Below are positions 47,909 to 57,045 of a stretch of 64,000 nucleotides of DNA, piece by piece. The notes below the pieces were generated by a model. It was not told where the DNA came from, did not search any database, and saw only the letters and a program-made list of their open reading frames with translations. The number at the start of each line of letters is the position of its first letter. The stretch's first letter is position 1. The translations under genes were made by a program, and so were the position numbers. Source of the DNA: Pseudomonadota bacterium (lineage in GTDB: Bacteria; Desulfobacterota; Desulfobulbia; Desulfobulbales; VMSU01); NCBI GenBank assembly GCA_031400755.1, contig JANNQL010000246.1:1008-65007 (forward strand), read 5' to 3'.

Positions 47909-49336
47909 TCAGGCAATTGGTTGGTCAAAGCCCCATTTTGCATCAAGCACCTGCCGGATGACTCCGCAGAGTTTAGTCCCACCTACCGGCTTCGTCAAAT
48001 AGGCTCTGATCCCTGCGCTGACGGCGCATTCTCTGGAGACTTGGTCGTTGTAGCCGGTGTAAAGGATCACCGGCAGCTCCGGCCTTAGTGTCAGGCACTG
48101 GCGGGTCAGTTCCATTCCGGACATCTTGGGCATGGTCATGTCGGTCAGTACTAGATCAAAGGCGTTGGGGTTTTCTTGAAAGAGGGTTAATGCCTCCAAT
48201 CCATTCGTGGCAATGGTCACCCTATAGCCTGCCATCGCCAGCATTTCCTTAGAAAATTGCAGAATCAGCTCCTCGTCATCGGCCAACAGGATATGTTCCG
48301 TGCCCGAGGCCAAGGCGCCTTCCTCTGTTGTTTCCTCTTGCAGGACCTCTTCTTTGACCTGTGGTAGCCAGATGCTAAAAGTGGCGCCGCCTCCTACCTC
48401 ACTTTCCAGATCAATAGCCCCATGATGGCCCTGGACGATGCCATGGGTCAGGGCTAGGCCGAGGCCGGTACCCACCCCCTTATCCTTGGTGGTGAAGTAA
48501 GGCTCGAATATCCTCTCTCTGATCTCAGGGGCGATGCCATGACCGTTATCGCTAACCTTAAGCCGATAGAATAGACCGGATTTTAATCTGTGCCGAGCTG
48601 CCTCTTCGTCATGAAGTTCGGTTGGTTCAAGGCTGATGGTCAATAGGCCGCCGTTGACCGCCATGGCCTGATAGGCGTTGGTGCAGAGGTTCATGATAAT
48701 CTGGTGCATTTGACTGGGCACAGCCATGACCCGGCAGTTGTCGGCAATCGTCAGGTGAAACTCAATGCTGCTGGGGATGGAGGCCCGCAAAAGTTTCATG
48801 GCCTCGCGACAGATACTGGAAAGATCAACAGTTTTTTTCTCTTCATCGCTGTGGCGGCTGAAGGTAAGGATCTGCTGGACCAGTTCCTTGGCCCGGTGGC
48901 TTGCCTGCAAGACCTTGTCTATTTTTCGCCTGGTTTCAGGTAACTCGCCCAGCTCTTTTCTGGCCATTTCCGAATAGCCGATTATGCCGGTCAGGATATT
49001 ATTAAAATCATGCGCAATGCCGCCGGACATTGTGCCAATGGCCTCTATTTTCTGAGAGTGGCGCAAGCGTTCTTCCAGCAGGAGTCTTTCTGCCTCGTTC
49101 TGTAGACGCTCAAGCTCTGAAGCGGCCCGATCTGCGGCCAGTTCGATGATCAGGTTGAATCGATCCGGAGGGTTAAAAGGACGTCGTGACATAAATGCCA
49201 AGATACCGATGACTTTCTGGTCTTTGTCTTTCAGGGGTAGGCCAAGATAGCTCTCAGCCTCCAGCACAGCCAGATGGCGGGGAGTGGAATAAAAATCACT
49301 GAGACGCCCAGTGATCAGGGTGACCCCTTTTTGCAA
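47909..49336 (-). CDS. Hybrid histidine kinase (partial GAF - HisKA - HATPase - receiver), 5'-truncated by an upstream lesion
   Basis: H-box IAHDFNNILTGI, G-boxes DNGHGI and GTGLGL, C-terminal receiver LLADDEE...DMTMPKMSG. The track start is a TTG inside a GAF domain. Confidence 0.75.
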   Translation of the reverse strand: MQKGVTLITGRLSDFYSTPRHLAVLEAESYLGLPLKDKDQKVIGILAFMSRRPFNPPDRFNLIIELAADRAASELERLQNEAERLLLEERLRHSQKIEAIGTMSGGIAHDFNNILTGIIGYSEMARKELGELPETRRKIDKVLQASHRAKELVQQILTFSRHSDEEKKTVDLSSICREAMKLLRASIPSSIEFHLTIADNCRVMAVPSQMHQIIMNLCTNAYQAMAVNGGLLTISLEPTELHDEEAARHRLKSGLFYRLKVSDNGHGIAPEIRERIFEPYFTTKDKGVGTGLGLALTHGIVQGHHGAIDLESEVGGGATFSIWLPQVKEEVLQEETTEEGALASGTEHILLADDEELILQFSKEMLAMAGYRVTIATNGLEALTLFQENPNAFDLVLTDMTMPKMSGMELTRQCLTLRPELPVILYTGYNDQVSRECAVSAGIRAYLTKPVGGTKLCGVIRQVLDAKWGFDQPIA

Positions 49337-49602
49337 GGCCTCGGCGCAGGGGGTGCCAGCCAGATCGTAGCTGATATTGGCGGAGGAATGGTAAGGGCTG
49401 CGATCCCATCAAAATAGGGCATGGCGTAGTCGGAGAGGACGATGTCCCAAGGTTGTTCATTCAGGGCCTTCTCCAGTTCCAGGGCAGTGTCTATGCGGCG
49501 GGCCTCAACCTGATAGCCAAATTTTTGTAAAATACGTTGAATGAGGATGGCATCATCGACGTTGTCCTCAATCTGCAATAAGTTAAGTTTGTCCATTGTC
49601 AT
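49315..49602 (-). pseudogene. Receiver-domain fragment, out of frame with the downstream GAF-kinase (remnant of a REC-GAF-HK-REC gene)
   Basis: MTMDKLNLLQIEDNVDDAILIQ...DIVLSDYAMPYFDGIAAL, then nonsense (TIPPPISATIW...stop). The +2 frame continues as HSSANISYDLAGTPCAEALQKGVTLITG, which is mid-GAF. Confidence 0.6.
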
Positions 49603-49626
49603 TTTTTGAGGTAGGTCAACCATGCC

Positions 49627-52272
49627 TTATTCAATTGCATCCTGATTACCCAAAGTAAAATAAAAAGTCGCGCCGACTCCCACTTGGCTTTCGGCCCAGA
49701 CCTTGCCGCCATGGCGGTGCAGAATGCGTTGCACAGTTGCCAGGCCGATGCCGTTGCCGGCAAATTCTTTGGCTGAATGCAGACGTTGAAAGGCCTTGAA
49801 GAGCTTGTCGCTATAGCGCATATCAAAACCTGCGCCATTGTCCTTGACAAAGAAGGTGGCCTCACTGCCCTCATGGCGCAGCGCCCCGAACTCAATTCTG
49901 GCCTTGGCGGTATTGGCGCTATATTTCCAAGCGTTGCCGAGGAGGTTGGTCAGCACTATCCGCAGCATGGCCGGATCTGCCGTTGCTGTAAGATCAGCAG
50001 CGACGCAGTACTCTACCACACGTTGGGGAGCTTCCGCCCGTATTTCTTCTATAATTTCATCCGCAATTTTTGATAGATCAATGGGCTGCCAGTCGAGTTC
50101 GGTACGGGTCAGACGGGAGAGGCGCAAGATTCCATCAATTAGTGCTGACATCCGTTCGCATCCTGACCTGATCCGGGCAAGATAACCTCGGGCTTCGGGA
50201 GCAAGTCGGGGTCCAAAATCTTCATCCAAGGCCAGGCTGAAACCATCAATGGCCCGCAGAGGGGCGCGGAGGTCATGGGAGACTGTATAGGCAAAGGAAT
50301 CAAGTTCCTGATTGGTGGCAGTCAATTGGGCTGTACGCGACTCGATCTGTCGTTCCAAGTTCTGATTCAGGTCTCTGAGGCTATCTTCTGCCTGACGCCG
50401 GCGGATGATGGAACCGATTATGGTGGTGGCGCTGACTAATACTGTTTCATCCTGACCATCCCACTGACTGCCGGGATTGAGATAGAGGCCCACTACCCCG
50501 ATGATTTCTCCGGCCACCGTATGGACCGGCAGGCAATAATGGCAGTGGGCGGCCATGCCATGGTAACTCATCTCGTGGCGATTATCGTCCGAACTGGCGA
50601 AGATTACTTTGCCTGTCTGGGCGGCACGTCCACAGAGGCAGGTACCTAAGGGCAGGACACGGCATGATTTTTGGACATAGCTGTCTATGCCCCGGTGGGC
50701 AGTCATGACCAGCGAATTACTGGACTTGTCGATCATAAAAAAAACGGCCTTGGGCTGGGTGTTGATCCAGGAGCAACCTGCCATCAATCCGAGGAAACGG
50801 CCCATGATCGTTGGTAAATCGACATCAAGCAGGGCAAGCTCCAGGATCTGGTTCAAAAAGAAATTGGCCCGGGACGCTCTGGCCAACTCTACCTCAACTT
50901 GCAATCGGTCACTGACGTCCTTGCTGATCAAGGTAAAGCCTTGAAACTGTCCGGTGCTGTCTGCAAGCGGCCGGCCACTGGTTTCAAGAAACACTGTCCT
51001 GTCATCACCGGTGTGCACGGGGTGCAGTTTGTGGAGCAGATTAGCAAAGGGTTCCTGCTTGGCCCAAGCCACCTCGAATGCCGGGTTGGCTAGTTTGCCA
51101 CCGCCGCTTGTCAGTACCTCCAAGAGTGACCGGCCGATGATGGTATGGACCTCAAGGCCGATAATATTTTTGACCAGCGGGCTTGAATAGGTGCAGGTGC
51201 CATGCTGGTCAATGACCCATATCCAATCCGAAATATTTTCGACCAGGTTTCGGAACCGCTGTTCCGAGTCGGTCAGGGCTGTCAGATTTTGTTTAAGAGT
51301 AGTCGCGACTTCTTTGATGAAGAATACTTGCTCTCCCAGTTCGTCCTGGGGACTGGACGGTGTCTTGTAGTCAAAGCGGCCTGCACGAATTGCCTGCATT
51401 GATTGGTTTAAGCCTTGTATGAAGGTGTTAAGGTAACGTTTACTGAGGAGAAAGGACAGGGCAAGGGCCCCTAGCATAACGCTGACGAGGGCAAGCACAA
51501 TCGCCTTGAGTCGAGCATGCACCTGTACTATATCGTTAGAAATTTCTTGAGTCGCCGCCTCGGTCGCCTTGGTGAACGAGGCGGACATCTGGCCAAGAAC
51601 CTGCACCAGGTCGTTAATGGCCTCTTTGTTTTGGACATCAAAATCTGACAGCTCCATGGTTCGATTCATGGTCTCGATCATCATGGCATCGGGAATCAGG
51701 GCAACGATTGTCTTGTGCAGTGACTGCATCGGCACCAGGTACTTGTTGTCTTGCTCATAATGGATTTTTGCATACAGTAGGCTAAACGACGCAAGCTTTG
51801 GTTTGACCTGGGACTTTATGTCATCAGACAAATAGGCCAAACGCAGATTGATCATTTCAAGCAATTCATGATGGATCTGTTCATTTTTCAGGCGATCATT
51901 ATGGAGTTTGACGAGTTCAAGGTAGGCCTCACGAAAAGATTCGAGCTGGCTTGTCAGCTTGGCGTACATTTGTCCGTGCCGAGAGTCAAGCCGTGTGCCC
52001 TGGATTTCGATGGCCTTGGCCAGGGCCTGGCTTTCAGTGAATTGTTTGGCCAGATCTTCCTTTGACGTATTTTTTTCGGACTCCTGCATCCGGCTGCGCA
52101 GCAATTGTAAATCCTTGACGTGCAGATGAAAGGCTGAAATCAAGGCCATTTTCTGGTTCAGCTTCGCTGTCCGTCTGGTGCCGTCGATAACAACAAGCCC
52201 GATACTTGTGGCAATGGTGCTCAGGACGACGAAGATGGTGAGTAGCTTGCGGTGGACAGATCCCTTTATCAT
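49627..52272 (-). CDS. Sensor histidine kinase: ~230-aa periplasmic region between 2 TM helices, then HAMP - PAS - GAF - HisKA - HATPase
   Basis: 881 aa; H-box VSHDLRAPLRAIDGF, DNGAGFD, GNGIGLA. Confidence 0.9.
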   Translation of the reverse strand: MIKGSVHRKLLTIFVVLSTIATSIGLVVIDGTRRTAKLNQKMALISAFHLHVKDLQLLRSRMQESEKNTSKEDLAKQFTESQALAKAIEIQGTRLDSRHGQMYAKLTSQLESFREAYLELVKLHNDRLKNEQIHHELLEMINLRLAYLSDDIKSQVKPKLASFSLLYAKIHYEQDNKYLVPMQSLHKTIVALIPDAMMIETMNRTMELSDFDVQNKEAINDLVQVLGQMSASFTKATEAATQEISNDIVQVHARLKAIVLALVSVMLGALALSFLLSKRYLNTFIQGLNQSMQAIRAGRFDYKTPSSPQDELGEQVFFIKEVATTLKQNLTALTDSEQRFRNLVENISDWIWVIDQHGTCTYSSPLVKNIIGLEVHTIIGRSLLEVLTSGGGKLANPAFEVAWAKQEPFANLLHKLHPVHTGDDRTVFLETSGRPLADSTGQFQGFTLISKDVSDRLQVEVELARASRANFFLNQILELALLDVDLPTIMGRFLGLMAGCSWINTQPKAVFFMIDKSSNSLVMTAHRGIDSYVQKSCRVLPLGTCLCGRAAQTGKVIFASSDDNRHEMSYHGMAAHCHYCLPVHTVAGEIIGVVGLYLNPGSQWDGQDETVLVSATTIIGSIIRRRQAEDSLRDLNQNLERQIESRTAQLTATNQELDSFAYTVSHDLRAPLRAIDGFSLALDEDFGPRLAPEARGYLARIRSGCERMSALIDGILRLSRLTRTELDWQPIDLSKIADEIIEEIRAEAPQRVVEYCVAADLTATADPAMLRIVLTNLLGNAWKYSANTAKARIEFGALRHEGSEATFFVKDNGAGFDMRYSDKLFKAFQRLHSAKEFAGNGIGLATVQRILHRHGGKVWAESQVGVGATFYFTLGNQDAIE

Positions 52273-53393
52273 GTTCTGACCTCAGGAGTGGTAAGACTAA
52301 AAGAGAAGATGGCGCCCTGGCCTTCGTGACCCTCGGCCCATATCTCACCGTGATAGCGTTTGACAACGCGCTGGGCAAGGGCCAGACCAATGCCGAGGCC
52401 TGAAAATTGGTCCGGCGAATGGAGGCGTTGGAAGGGTTGGAAGAGCTTGTTAGCATAGGCCATATTGAATCCGGCGCCATTGTCCTTGATCATGAAGGTA
52501 CGCCGGCCATTCTCTAGGAGACTGTTAAACTCGATGAGGGCTTGGTCCTTGTGTTGGGTGAACTTCCAGGCGTTGGCCAGCAGGGATTCCATTAGGGCCC
52601 GCAGCAGCATGGGGTCAGCCAGGATCTTGGGCGTTGAGGCTATGGCCGTGCTGACTTTTCGACCTGGTTCGTTACGTTTCAACTCGGCGAGCACTGATTC
52701 GGCAATGGCGCTCAAATCAACCGCCACAACCGTCAGGGTGCAGCGGGAAAAGCGGGAAAGCTCTAAGATGCTGTCGATGGTGGTCCCGATCCGCAGGCAA
52801 GCTTCCTGCACCCGGTCAAGATAGGCGCGGCCCTGTAAGTCAAGCCTATCTCCATAGTCTTCCTGCAGGGCGTGAGAAAATCCGGCAATGCCTCGCAGAG
52901 GGGTGCGAAGGTCATGGGACATGGCGGCAACGAAGGCCTCCAGTTCATCGTTGGCCATGGCAAGCTCCACGGTCCGCTTACTGATGATCATGTCGAGGTT
53001 TTCATTGAGTTGACGGACCTCTGTCTCAGCCCGAGTCCGTCCAATGATCTCCTTGTCCAGTTGGGCGATCTGTTCATGCAGGGCGCTTCTGGCTTCCTCG
53101 GCCGCCTTGGCTGAGTAGGCCAGTTGGCGGCCAATGACATGGACCAGGACGCCACCTATGACACTTACCAAGAGGACCATGCCAGCCACTGTATAGATGG
53201 CCTTGCCAATTGTGAAGCTTTTAGCAGCTATTTTTGCCTTCTGGCTGACTTCGACCTGAAAGAGTTGGCGCAGACTGGTGACGGTCCGCAGCACCACAAC
53301 AAAAGTAATGATCAGCGCCATCAACGTAATCAGGTTGATGAAAACGAGTCGCGCCAAGTTGGAACGCAGGATATTTACGGGAAGATTCAACAC
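52269..53393 (-). CDS. Sensor histidine kinase with 2 TM helices and only a ~29-aa external loop
   Basis: 374 aa; MSHDLRTPLRGIAGF, DNGAGFN, GLGIGLA. 4-nt overlap with the next kinase. Confidence 0.9.
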   Translation of the reverse strand: MLNLPVNILRSNLARLVFINLITLMALIITFVVVLRTVTSLRQLFQVEVSQKAKIAAKSFTIGKAIYTVAGMVLLVSVIGGVLVHVIGRQLAYSAKAAEEARSALHEQIAQLDKEIIGRTRAETEVRQLNENLDMIISKRTVELAMANDELEAFVAAMSHDLRTPLRGIAGFSHALQEDYGDRLDLQGRAYLDRVQEACLRIGTTIDSILELSRFSRCTLTVVAVDLSAIAESVLAELKRNEPGRKVSTAIASTPKILADPMLLRALMESLLANAWKFTQHKDQALIEFNSLLENGRRTFMIKDNGAGFNMAYANKLFQPFQRLHSPDQFSGLGIGLALAQRVVKRYHGEIWAEGHEGQGAIFSFSLTTPEVRT

Positions 53394-53437
53394 GAGGCAG
53401 CGAGGATAGGGGACACGTTGAAAGGAGTGCGGCTGTC

Positions 53438-54280
53438 TTACTGGTTGGCCTGGTTCACGGTCTCGGTGATCTGCCGCAGGGAGTCATAGTCGGCATCTTT
53501 TACTGGGGACATGCCGGTGATGGTTGGTTGAATGGTGGTCAGTATCTGCGGATCATGCAGGTTGAGAAGGGAGTCGCGCAGTTTGCTGATAAGGGGCTCG
53601 GACAACTTTGAGCTGGTGACGAAAAGATGCTGCTGAATGGGCGGCGTTTTGGCCAGTATCTTCAGACCACGCCCCTGGTATGCTTCAAAGGTCTCGTCCT
53701 TGACCGCCCCGGCCGCGTAGAAACCGTTCAGCACTGCCAGGGCGACGTTGGTATGTGACCCCAGAAAATCGCTCTGGGCCAATTGCGCCTTGCCAATTCC
53801 AGCCTCTTGCAGCATGAAGCTCGGCACGACATAGCCCATGGTGGACTCATGATCAACAAAGGCGAAGCGTTGGCCGGCCAGTTCCGCCAAGGTCTTGATG
53901 GGAGAATCGGCCTTGACGATAATCGCCCCGTAGAAGGATGGTTTACCGCGGATCTCCAGACAGGCCAGGAGCGGTTTCTTGCCATAAACTCTTGTCATGT
54001 CCACGTAGGTATTAGGCCCCATATAGGCAAAGTCCATCTCGTCTTTGCCGACCGAGTCGATATGATGTTGAAAACTGCTAGAGATCCTGACCTCGACTGA
54101 TTGCCCGGTTTCTTTACTCAGATACTGGGTAAGGGGGGTGAATTTCTTGTGGAGTTCCGGGGCGGGCAAAAAGGGATGGACCAGCATGGTGAGTTTTTGG
54201 GCGGCTTGCCCTGGCAGGGGACAGGACAGAGGCCACAGCACAATGAGTGCAAGCAGCAGCGAGGCGGGGGGTGCTTTCAT
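53438..54280 (-). CDS. PhnD-like (phosphate/phosphonate ABC-type) periplasmic substrate-binding protein, no transporter partner
   Basis: 280 aa, signal peptide; DFAYMGPNTYV, HESTMGYVVP. Confidence 0.75.
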   Translation of the reverse strand: MKAPPASLLLALIVLWPLSCPLPGQAAQKLTMLVHPFLPAPELHKKFTPLTQYLSKETGQSVEVRISSSFQHHIDSVGKDEMDFAYMGPNTYVDMTRVYGKKPLLACLEIRGKPSFYGAIIVKADSPIKTLAELAGQRFAFVDHESTMGYVVPSFMLQEAGIGKAQLAQSDFLGSHTNVALAVLNGFYAAGAVKDETFEAYQGRGLKILAKTPPIQQHLFVTSSKLSEPLISKLRDSLLNLHDPQILTTIQPTITGMSPVKDADYDSLRQITETVNQANQ

Positions 54281-54375
54281 AAAAAAAACTCCTTGGAAGG
54301 GCTATGGTTAGCCGGGGTTGGTTTCAGCTTTGTGCCGATCAGCAGGTGGCGGACTTGACTGTGTTTGATGGCGCC

Positions 54376-55215
54376 TCATTTATCGGCTTGGTTGATAGTC
54401 TGCATGACTTGGCGCAGGGTGTTGTAATCCGCATCCTTGACCGGGACAAAACCAGTGAGGGTTGACTGGATGGCGGTCAGGATCGGCTTGTCTTTGAGCT
54501 TAAGCAGGGACTCTCGCAGTGTAGCCACCAGGGACTCCGGCATTTGGGGGTTGGCCACGATGATGTGTTCTTGTATCGGCGGGCTCTTGGCCAGCATCTT
54601 CAGGCCGCGCTCCTTATAGGCGTCATAGGTCTCGTCCTTGACCGCCCCGGCCTCATAGAAGCCGTTCAGTACGCCGAGGGCGACGTTGGTATGAGATTTC
54701 AAAAAATCACCCTGGGCCAATTGATTTTCTTTTACCCCGGCCTCTTGCAGCATGAAGATCGGCAGGACATAGCCCATGGTGGACTCACGATCAACAAAGG
54801 CTAAGCGTTTGCCGGCCAGTTCCGCCAAGGTATTGATAGAGGAATCGGCCTTGACGATAATCATGCCGTGCAAAAACGTTTTGCCATTGACCTCTTGGCA
54901 GGCCAAGGCAGGTTTATCCCCATATTTCTTGGTCATCTCTACATAGGCGACCGGCCCCATATAGGCCAGGTCCATCTGGTCTTTGCCGACTGAATCGATA
55001 TGTTGCTGGTAATTTTGGGAAATTTTTATGTCGATCCTCTTGCCGGTCTCCTTGCTCAGATAATCGACCAGCGGGGTGAATTTTTTGTAAAGTTCCGGGG
55101 GCGGCAGAAAGGGATGGATCAGCAGGGTAAGTTGTTGTTGGCTGGCCAAGGCCTGGAGAGGACAGAGGCAACAGAGGGTAACGATCGTCAGCAGAAGGGA
55201 GGCGTTTTTTTTCAT
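54376..55215 (-). CDS. PhnD-like periplasmic substrate-binding protein, tandem paralogue
   Basis: 279 aa, collinear with and by eye roughly two-thirds identical to 53438..54280. Confidence 0.75.
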   Translation of the reverse strand: MKKNASLLLTIVTLCCLCPLQALASQQQLTLLIHPFLPPPELYKKFTPLVDYLSKETGKRIDIKISQNYQQHIDSVGKDQMDLAYMGPVAYVEMTKKYGDKPALACQEVNGKTFLHGMIIVKADSSINTLAELAGKRLAFVDRESTMGYVLPIFMLQEAGVKENQLAQGDFLKSHTNVALGVLNGFYEAGAVKDETYDAYKERGLKMLAKSPPIQEHIIVANPQMPESLVATLRESLLKLKDKPILTAIQSTLTGFVPVKDADYNTLRQVMQTINQADK

Positions 55216-55262
55216 GGGGAATTCCTCGAAAAGATTTTTAGCGATGGGTATTTGCCATTATT

Positions 55263-55703
55263 TCAGTGTGAACGCTGCACTTCATTCAAAAGCAACCAGT
55301 ACATGCCCAGCTGGCCTATGGCCTCGGTGAACTGCTCAAACGACACTGGTTTACGGACATAGCTGTTGGCGCCATTCCTATAGGATTTGATTTTGTCCTC
55401 GTCTTCATTGGAGGTGGTAAGCACGATGACCGGCAGGAGTCTGGTTCGTTCATTTTGGCGAATCTGCTTTAGGACCTCATGGCCGTTAATTTTAGGCAGA
55501 TTCAGGTCGAGGAGGATGATGTACGGAAGATTGATTTCTTGTTGCCCGGCACAACTGCCGGTGCCAAGCAGATAGTCCAGGGCCTCGACGCCATCCCGTG
55601 CCACCACCACCGTATTCAGGATGTTGTTTTTCTTGAGGGCCCGCCTGGTCAAGGCCTCGTCATCGGCATTGTCTTCAATGAGTAGAATCGTTTTATTGTC
55701 CAT
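55263..55703 (-). CDS. Single-domain response regulator (Rcp1-like family)
   Basis: Start at MDNKTILLIEDNADD (ATG 55703); LLDLNLPKING, YVRKP, YWLLLN tail. Confidence 0.85.
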   Translation of the reverse strand: MDNKTILLIEDNADDEALTRRALKKNNILNTVVVARDGVEALDYLLGTGSCAGQQEINLPYIILLDLNLPKINGHEVLKQIRQNERTRLLPVIVLTTSNEDEDKIKSYRNGANSYVRKPVSFEQFTEAIGQLGMYWLLLNEVQRSH

Positions 55704-55716
55704 GCTGTACCACTTT

Positions 55717-56418
55717 TTATTTTCGAGGTTGTTTGAGCCACTGTCCGTTTTGTAACAAAAAATGGGGTTTAAAATGGGCCTTGTAACGCATGGCGTCAAT
55801 CTCACTAATAAAGTAGCCAAGATACACGTGATCGATATGCTGTGAAAGGGCGTAGTCAATCAGGGTGAGAATATTGTAGGTGCCAGGACTGCGCCAGGCC
55901 TCATCCGGGTCAAAATAAAAATAGACACAGTTGATCGCCTTTTGCGAGAGGTCGATGATTGACACCCCGATCAAGTGATCTTCGTGCCAGAATTCCAGTT
56001 CAAAGGTGGTCCCCATGCTGTTGATGAAAAAACCGGCGTAATAATCAAGGGCCGAGCTGCCCTTGTCGGGAAAGCGTCGTTGCAGAAACTTGTCGCAGAG
56101 GGACAACTTCTGGCTGTTGATCTGAATCGGCGCCAATTTGGTGGTGAGGTCCTGGTTGCGAACCATGGCCCTTTTTTGGCTGCGATTCGCGACAAATTGC
56201 TCAGGCTGTAGACGAATGGGGACGCATGAATGGCAATCAGAGCAGGCCATGGTGTAGAGGTAATTGCCGTTACGCCGGAACCCTGCCGCCAGAAACAGGT
56301 CTATGGTCCTGTCCGGTAGAGTCCCAAAATGGGCCTGTCGATACACGGCCTGGAACGGTCGACCGTAGGGGCAGTCGAGCTGGACATCATAAAAATATTT
56401 GGCCAAGGTGTTGCTCAT
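55717..56418 (-). CDS. bpt: Arginyl/leucyl-tRNA--protein transferase of the Ate1/Bpt family (N-degron pathway)
   Basis: 233 aa; GFRRNGNYLYTMACSDCHSCVPIRL; C-terminal half ending YLGYFI. Confidence 0.85.
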   Translation of the reverse strand: MSNTLAKYFYDVQLDCPYGRPFQAVYRQAHFGTLPDRTIDLFLAAGFRRNGNYLYTMACSDCHSCVPIRLQPEQFVANRSQKRAMVRNQDLTTKLAPIQINSQKLSLCDKFLQRRFPDKGSSALDYYAGFFINSMGTTFELEFWHEDHLIGVSIIDLSQKAINCVYFYFDPDEAWRSPGTYNILTLIDYALSQHIDHVYLGYFISEIDAMRYKAHFKPHFLLQNGQWLKQPRK

Positions 56419-56798
56419 TAAAGCATCAGATGGTTGATTAAATCTTCTAACTCATTGGGCGCACCTTTCTGATAGTCTATAGGGTCGAGGAGGACGGACA
56501 TATAAAAGACGCTGTCCAGTCTGAGTGCCCTGTCCGCATCAAAGGAAAACCCGCCGACGCGTTCCAGTACCAAGGCGTTGAGGTGGGGAGGAAGCTCATT
56601 AGGCGGACGCACCTTTTCTGGCAATTCGCTCAACAGAATGGCCTTCTGCCGGAGTTGATCATAATAGCCCTGCTGATCGCCGTTTTCGTACAGGAGCGAA
56701 TGGGCAGTCATTTCTAAATTGCGGATTTTTGCGGCTGCGGCACTCAAAATGGCGATAATTTTTTTGGTAGCGATTTGATGATAATCGGTTGATTCCAT
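56418..56798 (-). CDS. Hypothetical protein; its stop overlaps the bpt start (TAATG)
   Basis: 126 aa ORF with no motif I recognise. Coding status is supported only by length, strand and the translational-coupling geometry. Confidence 0.45.
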   Translation of the reverse strand: MESTDYHQIATKKIIAILSAAAAKIRNLEMTAHSLLYENGDQQGYYDQLRQKAILLSELPEKVRPPNELPPHLNALVLERVGGFSFDADRALRLDSVFYMSVLLDPIDYQKGAPNELEDLINHLML

Positions 56799-57045
56799 GG
56801 GCAGGCGGTGTGTTAATATTTGTTATAAGTATCACGCTGTGGTGGATTTTTTGTATGCTACCATATCAGGTATAAAGCTACTAATTTTTTTTTTAAAAAA
56901 AAGTTGACATGATTCAGTTGATTGACCGATACTAAATTAGCAAAATATGTTTTTTCAGTTGAAGTCTAAGCGCCGTTTTGCCGATCAGGTCACTTAATGT
57001 GCGGGATTATTATAACTATGCTGCGCGTTACCCCGAAATGAAAAA

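Noticed and set aside
49315-49400. Programmed ribosomal frameshift joining the REC fragment to the kinase
   Set aside because: Joining the frames would still give half a receiver fused to half a GAF domain, so sequence is missing rather than shifted. No slippery heptamer or stimulatory structure was noticed.
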